From positions 448,001 through 512,000 of the forward strand of contig CBDAOB010000005.1 of the NCBI GenBank assembly GCA_965197905.1: a DNA stretch of 64,000 bases, given 5' to 3'. Position numbers and translations under genes: made by a program. A model generated the notes under the pieces. That model saw only the letters and a program-made list of their open reading frames with translations, was not told where the DNA came from and did not search any database. Shown here piece by piece: positions 27,803 through 38,753 of this stretch. Source of the DNA: Candidatus Latescibacterota bacterium. GTDB taxonomy: Bacteria > Latescibacterota > UBA2968 > UBA8231. The first letter of the stretch is position 1, and every line of letters starts with the position of its first letter.

Positions 27803-29872
27803 ATGGAGACCAGAGGGCGCATACTATCAGTCGCGTTGGCCGCGACACTGCTGTGTCTCGGTGCCGTGGGCGCGCAAGAATGGCCGGTAAATCAGTGGGA
27901 GCGTACGCTATATTATCGCTTCACCTTCACCCCGCCGGCTTCTGGAAGCGCGACGTTGCGCATAACCGCCGTCGACGATTACCAGGTTTTCTTCAATGGT
28001 TCCAATACGGGTTCCGATGCCGATTGGACTACCATGGATGATTACTCGGTTAGTCTCGGAAGCGGTGCTAACGAGATTGCTATCCAGGTTAACAACGGTG
28101 GAGACGGCTTCGGAAGCGGATTGATTCTTGAAGTTCAGTCGGATGACGGTATCTGGACTTCAAATACCAGCGGCCTCAACGAGGTGTGGCGCTGGACCGA
28201 CGTCGGACAGTCAGGAACGGGTTGGACCACCGCTGATGTGAGCGAGGACGAGGATTGGGCGCCTGTCCAGGGTGGCAATCTCGACCGGGCGGCGATTGCG
28301 GCCGCGAGCAGTAATTGGGCGGATACCTTGAATGCCGAAATCGTCGCGGGTTTCCCTGGCGACATCGATATTGGGAGATCTGAACTGGGCATCACCTTGC
28401 GAAATGTCGACGGCGAGAATCTTGCCCTCAACAAGCCGTCGTCGAATCGACCCGATGTTTTCGACGGCGATCCCGACTCGGACTGGAACATTAATACAGA
28501 CGGCGTGAACACAGCCGCCACTGTCGACTTGCTTACACCTAGGTTGGTCAACGAAGTTAGGGTTTTGACTAAAGGTGAAGACGCGGAGGACTTCGAATCG
28601 AATTCCGTTCGCGGTTATGCGGTCGAGGTGAGCAATGACGGGTTTCAGTGGACCGAAATGGGAGCACTGAGCAATATCGAAGAGTTCGAGCGCACCGCTG
28701 TCGAGTTGGATCCACTGTTCGTGCGATTCGTCCGGGTTCGAATCTCGCAGGTCCACCCGTTGCGACGCTCGCGAGTTGCCGAGATTCAAGTTTTCGGCGA
28801 AGGCGCTGTTCCGTCCGGTGCGTTTGTTTCCGCGGCGTTAGATCTGGGACAGGCAGGCCCCAAGAATTTCGGTCAAGTTCGGTGGGTGGGCGCAACTCCC
28901 GAAGGTTCGACGATTTCGCTTCAGTTTAGGAGTGCCGACCAGGACAACGAGAATTCATGGAGCGATTGGAGCGAGGAGATCACCGAAGCCGTTGCCGAAT
29001 TGGTTGTGCCTGAACCGAGGAATTTACTCCAATACCGTGTTAACATGACCTCCGAGTTTGAAGATTCACCGCCGCGGCTCGACAGCCTTCTTATTGGGTT
29101 CACGGACACCTTCCCGGTGTCGGAGGCTCTTGCATGGGTGACTCCCAACGACGCGGTACTGGGCCGGGATACGACATTCGTCTACACCCTCGATCTGGAT
29201 TTTGGCACCGCAGACGCCGGTGTCAATCGACTTATCGTCAGCACGCCGAGCCTTGCTCGGGATGTCGTAACCACGCTTCCCGACGGTGTTTCTCTGTCCG
29301 GTGACCCGATCATAAGCAGCGAGGGTATCGAGTTGACCTTCTCCTCGCCCTGGAGCGCAGATGGCCAACTCACGCTGCAGTTCACGGCGCGTCTGCTGAC
29401 CAACGAGTTTCACTTCGGGACCCAGCTTTTCGCCGCCGATTCCGATGATGTTTTGAACGGTGCGGAGAATACCTCTGGGGGCCGTTCGTGGAGCGTGCGG
29501 GCTACGGACGTAACGGGCCCACTGCTGAGCGAGGTGGATGTGAATCCGTCGGTTTTCAGTCCCAACGGTGACAGAAACTTCGATGGTACGGTGGTTGAAT
29601 TCACGCTGGCGCGGGTGAGCGAACCGCAAACCATCGACATTAGCATTCTGGATCTCAGTGGCCGGGTAGTTAGGTCGATCAAGCCGAAGTTAATCGGTGG
29701 ACAGTATCTGCGGCCACCAGCGGCAAACAGAGTGACCCAGGCCCCGGGTTATTGGAATGGGAAGGATGATGAAGGGAACACCGTACCACCCGGTATTTAT
29801 CTAGTGCGTGTAAAGGCCCGCTTCGATCGGGGCGACGAAACCAGGGTGCGGCCCGTAGCCGTGGCCTATTGA
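27803..29872 (+). CDS. Paralog of the preceding discoidin/FlgD-Ig protein
   Basis: Collinear motifs (KNFGQV.W, PRLDSL, DTFPVS, LGRDTTF.YTLDLDF); identical RVRPVAVAY end. Confidence 0.8.
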   Translation: METRGRILSVALAATLLCLGAVGAQEWPVNQWERTLYYRFTFTPPASGSATLRITAVDDYQVFFNGSNTGSDADWTTMDDYSVSLGSGANEIAIQVNNGGDGFGSGLILEVQSDDGIWTSNTSGLNEVWRWTDVGQSGTGWTTADVSEDEDWAPVQGGNLDRAAIAAASSNWADTLNAEIVAGFPGDIDIGRSELGITLRNVDGENLALNKPSSNRPDVFDGDPDSDWNINTDGVNTAATVDLLTPRLVNEVRVLTKGEDAEDFESNSVRGYAVEVSNDGFQWTEMGALSNIEEFERTAVELDPLFVRFVRVRISQVHPLRRSRVAEIQVFGEGAVPSGAFVSAALDLGQAGPKNFGQVRWVGATPEGSTISLQFRSADQDNENSWSDWSEEITEAVAELVVPEPRNLLQYRVNMTSEFEDSPPRLDSLLIGFTDTFPVSEALAWVTPNDAVLGRDTTFVYTLDLDFGTADAGVNRLIVSTPSLARDVVTTLPDGVSLSGDPIISSEGIELTFSSPWSADGQLTLQFTARLLTNEFHFGTQLFAADSDDVLNGAENTSGGRSWSVRATDVTGPLLSEVDVNPSVFSPNGDRNFDGTVVEFTLARVSEPQTIDISILDLSGRVVRSIKPKLIGGQYLRPPAANRVTQAPGYWNGKDDEGNTVPPGIYLVRVKARFDRGDETRVRPVAVAY

Positions 29873-29894
29873 GCAGCCTGCGGGAGAGATAGCC

Positions 29895-32675
29895 ATGATG
29901 AGAGAGCCCACGCGACTTACAGTCAGAATCAGAGCCGTCGCCGCATTACTGCTGGCGTTGATCTGTTTTCCGGGTCGCAGCGACGGACAATTCATAAGTC
30001 GCGAATATTACCCGCTATGGCAAAACGAGGCATATGAAAACTATGCCCGGGGCACTTCGCCCGGATTTCGTGATGTCGACTTGCGAACAACGCGCGGAAC
30101 CCTCGCCATCGACGAGGAACAGCGCACCTACGATCCGTTCGGCACTACCCTGTTGAACGGAATCCCTCTGTACCGAACCGATGAGTTTCGTACCCTCAGT
30201 CCGTTTGGTGGCAGCACCATTTTTAAGGACGGCCTGTACCGCGATCTGTTTCAGAATTTGGTCGTTGCCAACGACACCTATGAGGGATGGGGGACGGCTG
30301 TAACCGTCGGTCGCGCAGTAGAGGCGAACTACAACCCAATGATGCTCGGGGTTCTGCGCTTGAACGGTATCCGTTGGGATGCAGACTCTCGCCGGAATCG
30401 CTTTTCCGTCGCCGCTTCGAGAATCTCCGAACCTCTGCGAGTATTTGAGCTGAGTCGTCCGCTCGACTTTGTGACTTACTTGTATGGAGGGCACTGGGAG
30501 ACTCAACTCGGTAGCGTCGTCCGCTTCGGCGCTTCCTATGTCAACACCCACATTACGGATACGCTGGTAAAACGGGGCAACGGATCGTTTCGCAAAGGTG
30601 TATTTCCCACGAATCTGATCACGCCTGAGTTCATATTCGTGACCTTCAGCGATGACTCGCCGGAAGATGGGAACGGCGCTCGAGTTCATATGATCGAGAT
30701 ATATGTGAACGGCGAACTGCGTACAGATATCGTTCCGGAGGTCCGCAAGATGCCCGACGCCGTGGCCCAGGGAAAAAACAAGAGGTTTATCTCAGACCGC
30801 CTACGGTTCGAGGACATGACGCACGCGCGAGAGCGTCAGTCCTGGTTGCCACGGGTTATGGCGAATGGCAGCAACCAGAATCTTGCTACCCTGTTCTTGT
30901 TGAGTGGCAATTTTTTCGAGGATGGGATTAATCTCGACGGCAGCACCGAGGTACTGGAAGCCAGTGGAACCGACGTGCTGCTCTATAGATTTCCGGTACC
31001 TGAAGAAGCGGAAGACGTGTCGTTTCGGGTACTGGCTGCCAACGACTACGCCATCGATATCGGCGCAGCTGTCTCATGGATCGGAATCCGCGGACGGACA
31101 TGGAACGATTTTCGTAACATCGCCCGCGCAAAGGGCAATACCAAAGATGAGACGAACCTGAAGTGGGTTGAGTTTGACTACGGTTTTCCGACTGGTTTGG
31201 AGATGTACGGGGCACAGACCGATGTTAACCTGTTTGGGTTTGAATTCCATGGCGACTACAGCATCAGTAACCACCAGACGCTATTTCCCCTGCCTTCGAA
31301 CGAAGGCAAACGTCACACCCTGGATGCACAGTCGTATTCTGCCCTCGGCAAACGCCGATTTGGTCGCTTCGACTTTAATGTGGAGGTCTTCAGGGTGCCA
31401 CCCGACTATCAGACATCCTTCTCATTCTGGGATGAGGGCCGCAGACTCGCTCTTGCCGAGTTTCAGCTCATCGACGACAACGACGATCTGGATCCGTGGC
31501 CCGACAGCTGGGAGCACGAAGATCCCCTCAGCCTGGTTTTCCAGGACGATATCACGTTGTCCACTCCAGAGTCGCGTTTCAATCTCGACCCGGCTTCGCT
31601 GCGAGATATTGGTTTTGGCGTGTTCCCGGGACTGGATGACAATGGGGACGGCATAATCGACACGAACGTAAACGACAATCTGATTCCCGATTTCCAAGAG
31701 CCTTTCTTGATGTACTATGTGGAATCAGAGGCATTCGTCTATGGCGACGACTTCAACAACAACGGTGTCGTCGATACCCGCGAGAACGATAACAAACCAG
31801 ATTATCCTTATGAGCGTGACAGCGAGGGCCAGCACCTTTTCATCAGCTACAACCCCCATCGCGATTTGCGCCTGACCTTTGGTGGTCACGATGTTGAACA
31901 GATAGCTGGAGCCGGGTCGAACAAAGCGGTCTACGCCAAGCTGGAATACCATCGACCCCTGATGTGGGACTTGAATCTCGACGTGCATCATCGCACGAAA
32001 CGCGTTCAAGACGACATCGCCGATCCGCTTTACCAGTATGTGTCCAACCCTCTGGTTCAGGGCAACTACGAAATTCGGCTGCAGAGTGATGGTCTAAGCT
32101 ATCGCAACAGCTGGGCGAGCTTGAGTTTCATAAAACTCAAATATCTCGGCGTCCAGAATATGAACGTCAATACGACGTGGCGTTATGACCGCAACCGGCG
32201 CCTCAAAGAGACCTTCAGAGATGGTGATACGCAGCGAAAAGGAACCGACTGGTCGCTGGCAGTGGTGAATCGCATCGATTACGCCTGGGAGCCCATCACC
32301 AACTTTGTCGTTACCCCCATGGCGAAGTTCAGCTATCGTCGTGAGGATTCAGCCATTTTTGACGGCACGATAGCCGACGAAACCACCTTCGCTCCGATAG
32401 TTCGCGCTGATTACACGTTGACCGAGAAAACCGTACTGCGGGCCGGTCTTCAGGGCCTGCCGTTTTTCAAACATCGATTCCGCAACGATGCCGCTTCCTT
32501 TCGGGACTTCAATGCGTGGCACTACATCTTTGCCTTTCAGAACAACAGTAGCTACATCGGATACGAGGTCAGTATGAATCTGGGCTTCCGGAAGTCGTTC
32601 ATCGACAATGTCGGTTCGAAGTCGATCGGCAAGGTCGAGACCTCGGAATTCTTCCTCCAAGTAAGGACGAACTGA
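29895..32675 (+). CDS. Large secreted, predicted outer-membrane beta-barrel-like protein with acidic DxDxDG-type repeats (paralog 1)
   Basis: Signal peptide; many amphipathic aromatic-ended strands; DDNDD..P.PD, FPGLD, EPFL.Y, DYPY cassette. Confidence 0.65.
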   Translation: MMREPTRLTVRIRAVAALLLALICFPGRSDGQFISREYYPLWQNEAYENYARGTSPGFRDVDLRTTRGTLAIDEEQRTYDPFGTTLLNGIPLYRTDEFRTLSPFGGSTIFKDGLYRDLFQNLVVANDTYEGWGTAVTVGRAVEANYNPMMLGVLRLNGIRWDADSRRNRFSVAASRISEPLRVFELSRPLDFVTYLYGGHWETQLGSVVRFGASYVNTHITDTLVKRGNGSFRKGVFPTNLITPEFIFVTFSDDSPEDGNGARVHMIEIYVNGELRTDIVPEVRKMPDAVAQGKNKRFISDRLRFEDMTHARERQSWLPRVMANGSNQNLATLFLLSGNFFEDGINLDGSTEVLEASGTDVLLYRFPVPEEAEDVSFRVLAANDYAIDIGAAVSWIGIRGRTWNDFRNIARAKGNTKDETNLKWVEFDYGFPTGLEMYGAQTDVNLFGFEFHGDYSISNHQTLFPLPSNEGKRHTLDAQSYSALGKRRFGRFDFNVEVFRVPPDYQTSFSFWDEGRRLALAEFQLIDDNDDLDPWPDSWEHEDPLSLVFQDDITLSTPESRFNLDPASLRDIGFGVFPGLDDNGDGIIDTNVNDNLIPDFQEPFLMYYVESEAFVYGDDFNNNGVVDTRENDNKPDYPYERDSEGQHLFISYNPHRDLRLTFGGHDVEQIAGAGSNKAVYAKLEYHRPLMWDLNLDVHHRTKRVQDDIADPLYQYVSNPLVQGNYEIRLQSDGLSYRNSWASLSFIKLKYLGVQNMNVNTTWRYDRNRRLKETFRDGDTQRKGTDWSLAVVNRIDYAWEPITNFVVTPMAKFSYRREDSAIFDGTIADETTFAPIVRADYTLTEKTVLRAGLQGLPFFKHRFRNDAASFRDFNAWHYIFAFQNNSSYIGYEVSMNLGFRKSFIDNVGSKSIGKVETSEFFLQVRTN

Positions 32676-32679
32676 ACCC

Positions 32680-35448
32680 ATGCTGAGATCAACTATTATC
32701 GCGTTTGGTTCGCTGCTCGGCCTGGCGCTTGCTGCCTGGGGCGAGGGCGCGCCCAAGCTTGTCGATCCTCATACGACCGGTTCGCGCCTTTTGCTGTATC
32801 GTCCCGGACTGTTGACCTACGACAACTATGGGATCGAAGGCTACAGGCCCTGGCCGCGCAACGTACTGACCCGAACGGCGAATCCGGTATATGACGAATT
32901 TGGACAGTTCCTCGTCAACGGCGTCGAGGTATATCGGATGCAAGAGACGCGAAGGTTAGAGAAGAATCCGGTAAGCGCTTTTTTCGAAGGTAGCAACCAC
33001 CTCAAGCCGGCGAATTACGACAGTTATGTAAACCGCCTCATGGTTGCCGATGACAGCTACAACGCCTGGCACACCAGGTTCATTATTGGTGACCGAATCC
33101 GCACGCACTTCTCGCCTTTATATCTCGATCTTGCGGCCCTAAACGGGATTCGTTGGGACTTGGCCAACGAATCCCAGGCCTTTACCGTGGTTTCTTCACG
33201 CATGGATCGACCCCTATTTCGACAGGCTGATGTGGCCGCCCTTGGTACAACGGCGAATGCGGCCTATCTATTAGGTGGGCATTGGCGTGGTAAGTTCAAC
33301 ACTATCGAAGCGGCAGCTTCTTACGTCAATCTCTTTCGAATCGATGCATCTGCCCGGCCGAATTGGAACGGCATGAAAGGCAGGCTGCCTAAAATCAACA
33401 ACGTCATTGATTATCTTGTGGTTCGAGTGGACGATAGCTCCATACGCGATGGAGAAGGTGCACGCGTTTACGACATGCACATGATGATCAACGGCGAGCG
33501 CCGAGACGACCTGCAGCCGTTTGTGACCCTGCACCATCAGGATGTCTTCGATCTCGATTATCCAAACGGCGACCGCCAGTTTCCGCGAGGTCCCGGCTCC
33601 ATTCCGCCCTTCATCGAGGCAATTCAGGCACGAAACGGCATTAATACGATTGACACGTTCGATCCACCGTTCCCAGAGTTTTTTAAAGCGGATGGCAAAG
33701 AGTATGTGCTCTACTGGTTCCCGATACCACAGGAAGAAAACGACATCAAGAAGGCGTCGTTCGAAGCATTGGTAAGTGGCAACTACACCATCAGCATCGC
33801 CGAAGTGTATGCGTTGCAACTTGATGCTCGTCGCGACGATCCCCGGGCTCGAAACGAGTCCACTTACTTCAATGCGGTTGTTGGATCAAATGGCCGTGGC
33901 TCGCCCGGATCGGACATTCGACGGGTGCGCTTTGACTATGGTCGACAGACGGGCGTTACAATAACAGGTGTGGAGCTCAAGACCGCGGTAAAAGGATTCC
34001 AGTTCAAAAGCGAGTGGGCACACAGCTTCAATTATCTGAAGTATCCCGGTGCTAAACCCCTGTGCGACGATTGTCCCAGCGGGGCTCGCCATGACAAGGG
34101 TGGTAGCGCCTGGCTCGTTAACGCAGAGAGGGAGTTGTCGCCAACCGCTGCCTTCGGCGGCGAGTGGTTCCGCCTAGATCCGGAGTATACGACACAGCTG
34201 TCTTCCAATGACCGCAGTCTGTCTCGGTATACGGATCCTCCGGGGCCGTATGCAGGAGACCTTGGCACCGCCAAGACCGGTCTAAACTTTACGTTGGACC
34301 TGAATTCTGTCGACGACAACGACGATAAGGACCCATTCCCAGACGACTTTTTCCTGCGCAGCTTTACGGATCGAAACGGGGTTTTCCCTGGTTTGGACAA
34401 GGATCTTGACGGCACGCCCGACACCAACCGGAACTTCAACAGTGTTCCTGACTATTTTGAGCCGTTTCTGCTGTATGACGTCGATCCGGATGATTTCGAA
34501 TATGGCGAGGATCTGAATAACAATGGAGTCATCGATTACCGCGAGGATGACGCCAAGCCCGACTATCCCTACGATCTGAACCGCAAGGGGTATCACCTCT
34601 TCGTGCGGCTGCGGCCTCAAAGTCGGCTGGAACTGAACGTCGGTCGCTACGACATGGCGGCGATCCGCGGCGGCATGCGCAGCAAAGTCAACTACGTCAA
34701 GGGTGAGTACATCGCCAAATATCCGGCCATTGGACAGCTGCGAATCGTCGACTTTCTCAAGCGAGTGAAGGACGATATTCCGGACGACGTGTCGCGTTAC
34801 GGCGATATCACCAACTTCGATATCTTCACCCCTCGAAGCACCATCGCAGTATTTGCCGAGGACCGGCTGCTGATGCGGAACAGCTGGGTCAATACGACCT
34901 TCGTTGAGTTCTCCTATGTGGGTATCGACAACTTCTTTGCCGATGCCAATGTGCAGTACGAGTTCAACGATCAACAGGGCGGCCGCATGCTGCCTTCGAA
35001 CAAGATCTCTAAGTGGACCTCAGTCATCCGCGCCGATTACAATTGGCACATTGGTGAGTTTCAGATCGCGCCGCGCTACAAGTTCATGTTTCGCAAGCGT
35101 ACCGACGATGAGTTGCAGGTCCACCAGCTGGAGGAGATTTTTTCCTATCCCATGCTTGTGGGGCGATACCAATTCACCGACAACAGTTGGCTTCGCGTAG
35201 GTGTTCAGGGTTTCCCAGGTCTGCCGGCGCTGTATTCAAATCGCATCGACAAGAACCAGAGCTACGACACGAAGGATCTGCTGCTGATGCTGATCAACCG
35301 CTTCGAATATGCCGGCTACGACCAGGTGTTGACCGCGGGATACCGCATCAGCCAAAGAGACATGGAAAATCGTGACCGCTCGGTGCAGGACATCAATTTC
35401 GAGGAATTCTTTGTCAACATCATCGTTGGCCTGGAACCGGTACTGTAA
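32680..35448 (+). CDS. Same family, paralog 2
   Basis: Signal AWG; LNGIRWD, GGHW, ASYVN, the same acidic cassette, GVQGFP, FFV C-terminal strand. Confidence 0.65.
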   Translation: MLRSTIIAFGSLLGLALAAWGEGAPKLVDPHTTGSRLLLYRPGLLTYDNYGIEGYRPWPRNVLTRTANPVYDEFGQFLVNGVEVYRMQETRRLEKNPVSAFFEGSNHLKPANYDSYVNRLMVADDSYNAWHTRFIIGDRIRTHFSPLYLDLAALNGIRWDLANESQAFTVVSSRMDRPLFRQADVAALGTTANAAYLLGGHWRGKFNTIEAAASYVNLFRIDASARPNWNGMKGRLPKINNVIDYLVVRVDDSSIRDGEGARVYDMHMMINGERRDDLQPFVTLHHQDVFDLDYPNGDRQFPRGPGSIPPFIEAIQARNGINTIDTFDPPFPEFFKADGKEYVLYWFPIPQEENDIKKASFEALVSGNYTISIAEVYALQLDARRDDPRARNESTYFNAVVGSNGRGSPGSDIRRVRFDYGRQTGVTITGVELKTAVKGFQFKSEWAHSFNYLKYPGAKPLCDDCPSGARHDKGGSAWLVNAERELSPTAAFGGEWFRLDPEYTTQLSSNDRSLSRYTDPPGPYAGDLGTAKTGLNFTLDLNSVDDNDDKDPFPDDFFLRSFTDRNGVFPGLDKDLDGTPDTNRNFNSVPDYFEPFLLYDVDPDDFEYGEDLNNNGVIDYREDDAKPDYPYDLNRKGYHLFVRLRPQSRLELNVGRYDMAAIRGGMRSKVNYVKGEYIAKYPAIGQLRIVDFLKRVKDDIPDDVSRYGDITNFDIFTPRSTIAVFAEDRLLMRNSWVNTTFVEFSYVGIDNFFADANVQYEFNDQQGGRMLPSNKISKWTSVIRADYNWHIGEFQIAPRYKFMFRKRTDDELQVHQLEEIFSYPMLVGRYQFTDNSWLRVGVQGFPGLPALYSNRIDKNQSYDTKDLLLMLINRFEYAGYDQVLTAGYRISQRDMENRDRSVQDINFEEFFVNIIVGLEPVL

Positions 35449-35472
35449 GCTAACCTATCGAGTGTAGAGGAA

Positions 35473-38400
35473 ATGGCTACAATTCTGATTATCGCGGCCC
35501 TCGCCGGCCTCATTGCAGGCTCCCGAATGGTGCCGACGCCGGAGGAGATCCGTGCTTCCTTCAAGCAGGGGCAGAAGTTCTATGCTTCGGAAGATTACGA
35601 GCAAGCCATCGAGATGTTCGAGGAGATCACCGGCATCGAGAGCTCGTTGCTTTCTACCGACGAGATCACGGAAGAGATAGGCGAGATCAAAGCTCCGATT
35701 AAGGAGATCGCCCTCTACCAGACAGGCAACTCGTATTTCAAGCAGGGGGAAGAAACGCAGTTCAAGTCGCGGCGGGCCAGGGAACCGAAGCTCAAGGAGG
35801 AACTTTCCGCCGCTGCCAACGAAGATTTCCTCAAGGCGGCCGACTTCTTCAGACGTTCCGAAGCTACTTCTTCGAGCCCCAAGTTGAGGGCACTTGCGCG
35901 CAACCGTCTCGTCAGCACGCTTTACGAGAGCGGCGATTTCGACGGAGTAGGCAAGGAGGGCCAGGTCTTCGAGGAACATTATGCCGACAGTCCGTGGTTG
36001 GTAAACGTTCTTTACAACGTCGGTTGGGCCTATTTCGACACCGAGCGTTATCCCGAATGCATCGAAGTCTACCAGCGTCTCATTCGGCATTTTCCTAAGG
36101 GTTTCCAGGCCGACCGTAGTCTTTTCCAGATCGCCGAAGCGTACTACCGGCAAGAGAATTACGAAAAAGCCATTCCTTGGTATCGCGACGTGGTTGACCG
36201 ACAGGGAATCGAGCAGATGACCGACCGACAGCTTCTGCGCATGCGCCGTGAGAAGCTGGCGGGGCTGGTAGATGAAACGGCGCTGGAGTTGGCGGCCAAA
36301 GCCCAGATCAAGATCGGTGACAGCTATTCACACCTCGGCAACATCGACGAAGCTCTCACGGCATTTGAGAAGGTGATCATCGCTTTCTCCCAAGAGCAGC
36401 GACTCGTGTCTGAGGCTTATATCCGGCTCGCCGACATGTATTACCAAAATGGCGACTTTGACGGCGCGGTGGCCACCTACCAGCGGGCGATCGACAGCAG
36501 CAACAATCGCTACTTCCAAGCCGGCATGCAGTCGTTGCTCGCCGAGCACTACTACAAGACGGAAGATTTTCCCAACGCCATCGCCGAATACAAGCTCTAT
36601 CTGGATGCTTACGCCGACGTTGCTTCCGCTGCCGGATTGTCGGCATCGTGGGCGCAGTACAAGGTTGCTCGCGCCCATTTCGAGCTCGCCGAAGATCATC
36701 GCGAAGCGTCGCGAACAGACAGTGCGAAGATCGAATATGAGCGGTCCATCGATGGCTATCAAACCATCGAAACCAGTTATCCGGAGACCGAGCTCGCTCT
36801 GGCAGCTACCAAATTCAATGTCGCTTTATGTTACCAGATGTTGGGTTTGATGGACGTCGAAGGGGGTACGGATGAAGCCCTGAATATCTACAGTCTCATC
36901 GTAAAGGAAAACCTGGTTCCCGACTACGTGCGGAGCTCTCTTCTGCAGAAAGCGCGCATCCTTTATCAGGGCGGCGAGTTTGCGGGAGCGCTCTCGGCGT
37001 ACGAAAAGATTCTGGCCGATTTTCCGGAGGCTCGCGAGCGCCACGCCGCCAAATTCGAGATGGCACTATGTCATCGCGATCTCGGCAGGGGCGATACGGC
37101 TATTGGCATCTTCCAGGAGATAGAGCCAGAGTCCGGCCTCCTGCCCAAGGCGATGCTTGAAGCCAGCCGGCTGCTGTCGGAAGCGCAGGATTTCCAAGCT
37201 TCCCTCGCGGCACTAGAAAAAGGCCTGAAGAATACGACGGATGCGAGAGAACGGGCGCGCTTCTATTATATGAAGGGGCGCACCCTGATCGAGATCGAAG
37301 AGTTCGAGCAAGCTGTCGACGCGCTCGCTCAAGCGGCATCCCTCACCGATGAGGACGATGTCAGGAGCGGTGCCACATACGGCCGTGGAGTGAGTCTGCT
37401 CAAGCTGAAGAGGTACGCCGAAGCGGTTGCCGATCTGGAACCCCTGCTCGAAAGCGACAACGAGGACCTCGTCAAGTCGGCGCGTCGCATGATAGGACTG
37501 GCAAATCTGGAAATGGGCCGGGAACGGGAGGCCATCGAGGATTACACCGCCCTGGTAGAGAGTTCCACCGATCCTCTCGAGCGGGTCGAGAACATGATCG
37601 TTCTCTCCGAGCTCTATTACAGTCTTGAGAACTTTGCGAAGGTCGAGGAGATCTGTCGCGATATCATCGCAATGGATTTTCCGGACGAGAAGACTGAACT
37701 ACCCTACTTCCTGAAGGAAAAAGCCTACTTCCTCTTGGGAGATACCTACAACCAGCGCAACGATATCACTTCGCTGATCGCCACCTACAGGAAGGCCGTT
37801 GCACGCTATCCCAATTCCTACTACTCCGCGGATATGAACTTCGCTCTAGGTCAGGTCCTCTTCGAAAGGGAAGACCTCGTCGAGACGGTTGATGTATTTA
37901 CGACCTACCTGGAGGGATTTCCGCGCCATCCCAACAGACCTTACGGGCTGTATTATATGGGGTACGCGTTGTTCAACTTGACCCGCTTCGAAGGTGCAGC
38001 CGAAACATTTGGCGACTTGGCGGAGGGTTATCCGGACAGCGAGTTGGCCCCAGACGCGTTGTTCCGCGCAGGAGAGGCCCGTTACAATCTGGGCCAGTTC
38101 GATGGCGCCCTGGGGTATTACGAAACGCTGCTTGAGACAGCGCCCGATGCCGATCTCGCCGACGACGCTTCTTACAACCTGGCCTGGGCGCTGTTGAATC
38201 TGGAGCGCGACAACGACGCCATGGTTGCCTTCGAGAAGATGGCGGTCGATTATCCGAAGAGTCCGCTGGCTCCCAACGCACAGTTCACAGTAGGTGACTT
38301 TCTCTATAATGAGGAGCGCTACAAGGAGGCGATTCGGGCCTATGAAGAGGTGGCTCGACGATTCCCGCGCAGCGACGTCGCCGATCGCGTGCCGGCGCTA

Positions 38401-38730
38401 TTGGATGATTTGAACGAGGTTGTTGCCTACAACGAATACGCCGGCGCAGAGGCGATTTTTGCGTCCGCCTTGGAGACCGACGACAAAGCCAAATTTCGGG
38501 AGGCCATCGGTAGCTTTACAGAGATTGCCCAGAAGTATCCGAAAACCGAAAGCGCCATCGGCGCATTGAGCAATATGGGTGTTTGTTACGAAAGCCTGGG
38601 TGAGTGGACGAAAGCGGTGGAAGTCTACGACCAGGTGCTGGAAAGATTCAGTGACGAAGAGGGCCAGCGCGAAGAAGCGTATCGGTTCGCCCAAATGCAC
38701 AAGGACTGGATTGTTAGCACCCGGTTGTAA
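35473..38730 (+). CDS. Large tetratricopeptide repeat protein (CpoB/BamD-like repeats) with N-terminal signal or anchor
   Basis: TPR consensus throughout with YP.S..A..A linkers; hydrophobic N-terminus. Confidence 0.88.
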   Translation: MATILIIAALAGLIAGSRMVPTPEEIRASFKQGQKFYASEDYEQAIEMFEEITGIESSLLSTDEITEEIGEIKAPIKEIALYQTGNSYFKQGEETQFKSRRAREPKLKEELSAAANEDFLKAADFFRRSEATSSSPKLRALARNRLVSTLYESGDFDGVGKEGQVFEEHYADSPWLVNVLYNVGWAYFDTERYPECIEVYQRLIRHFPKGFQADRSLFQIAEAYYRQENYEKAIPWYRDVVDRQGIEQMTDRQLLRMRREKLAGLVDETALELAAKAQIKIGDSYSHLGNIDEALTAFEKVIIAFSQEQRLVSEAYIRLADMYYQNGDFDGAVATYQRAIDSSNNRYFQAGMQSLLAEHYYKTEDFPNAIAEYKLYLDAYADVASAAGLSASWAQYKVARAHFELAEDHREASRTDSAKIEYERSIDGYQTIETSYPETELALAATKFNVALCYQMLGLMDVEGGTDEALNIYSLIVKENLVPDYVRSSLLQKARILYQGGEFAGALSAYEKILADFPEARERHAAKFEMALCHRDLGRGDTAIGIFQEIEPESGLLPKAMLEASRLLSEAQDFQASLAALEKGLKNTTDARERARFYYMKGRTLIEIEEFEQAVDALAQAASLTDEDDVRSGATYGRGVSLLKLKRYAEAVADLEPLLESDNEDLVKSARRMIGLANLEMGREREAIEDYTALVESSTDPLERVENMIVLSELYYSLENFAKVEEICRDIIAMDFPDEKTELPYFLKEKAYFLLGDTYNQRNDITSLIATYRKAVARYPNSYYSADMNFALGQVLFEREDLVETVDVFTTYLEGFPRHPNRPYGLYYMGYALFNLTRFEGAAETFGDLAEGYPDSELAPDALFRAGEARYNLGQFDGALGYYETLLETAPDADLADDASYNLAWALLNLERDNDAMVAFEKMAVDYPKSPLAPNAQFTVGDFLYNEERYKEAIRAYEEVARRFPRSDVADRVPALLDDLNEVVAYNEYAGAEAIFASALETDDKAKFREAIGSFTEIAQKYPKTESAIGALSNMGVCYESLGEWTKAVEVYDQVLERFSDEEGQREEAYRFAQMHKDWIVSTRL

Positions 38731-38753
38731 AACTAAAATAGCAGGAGTTAACC

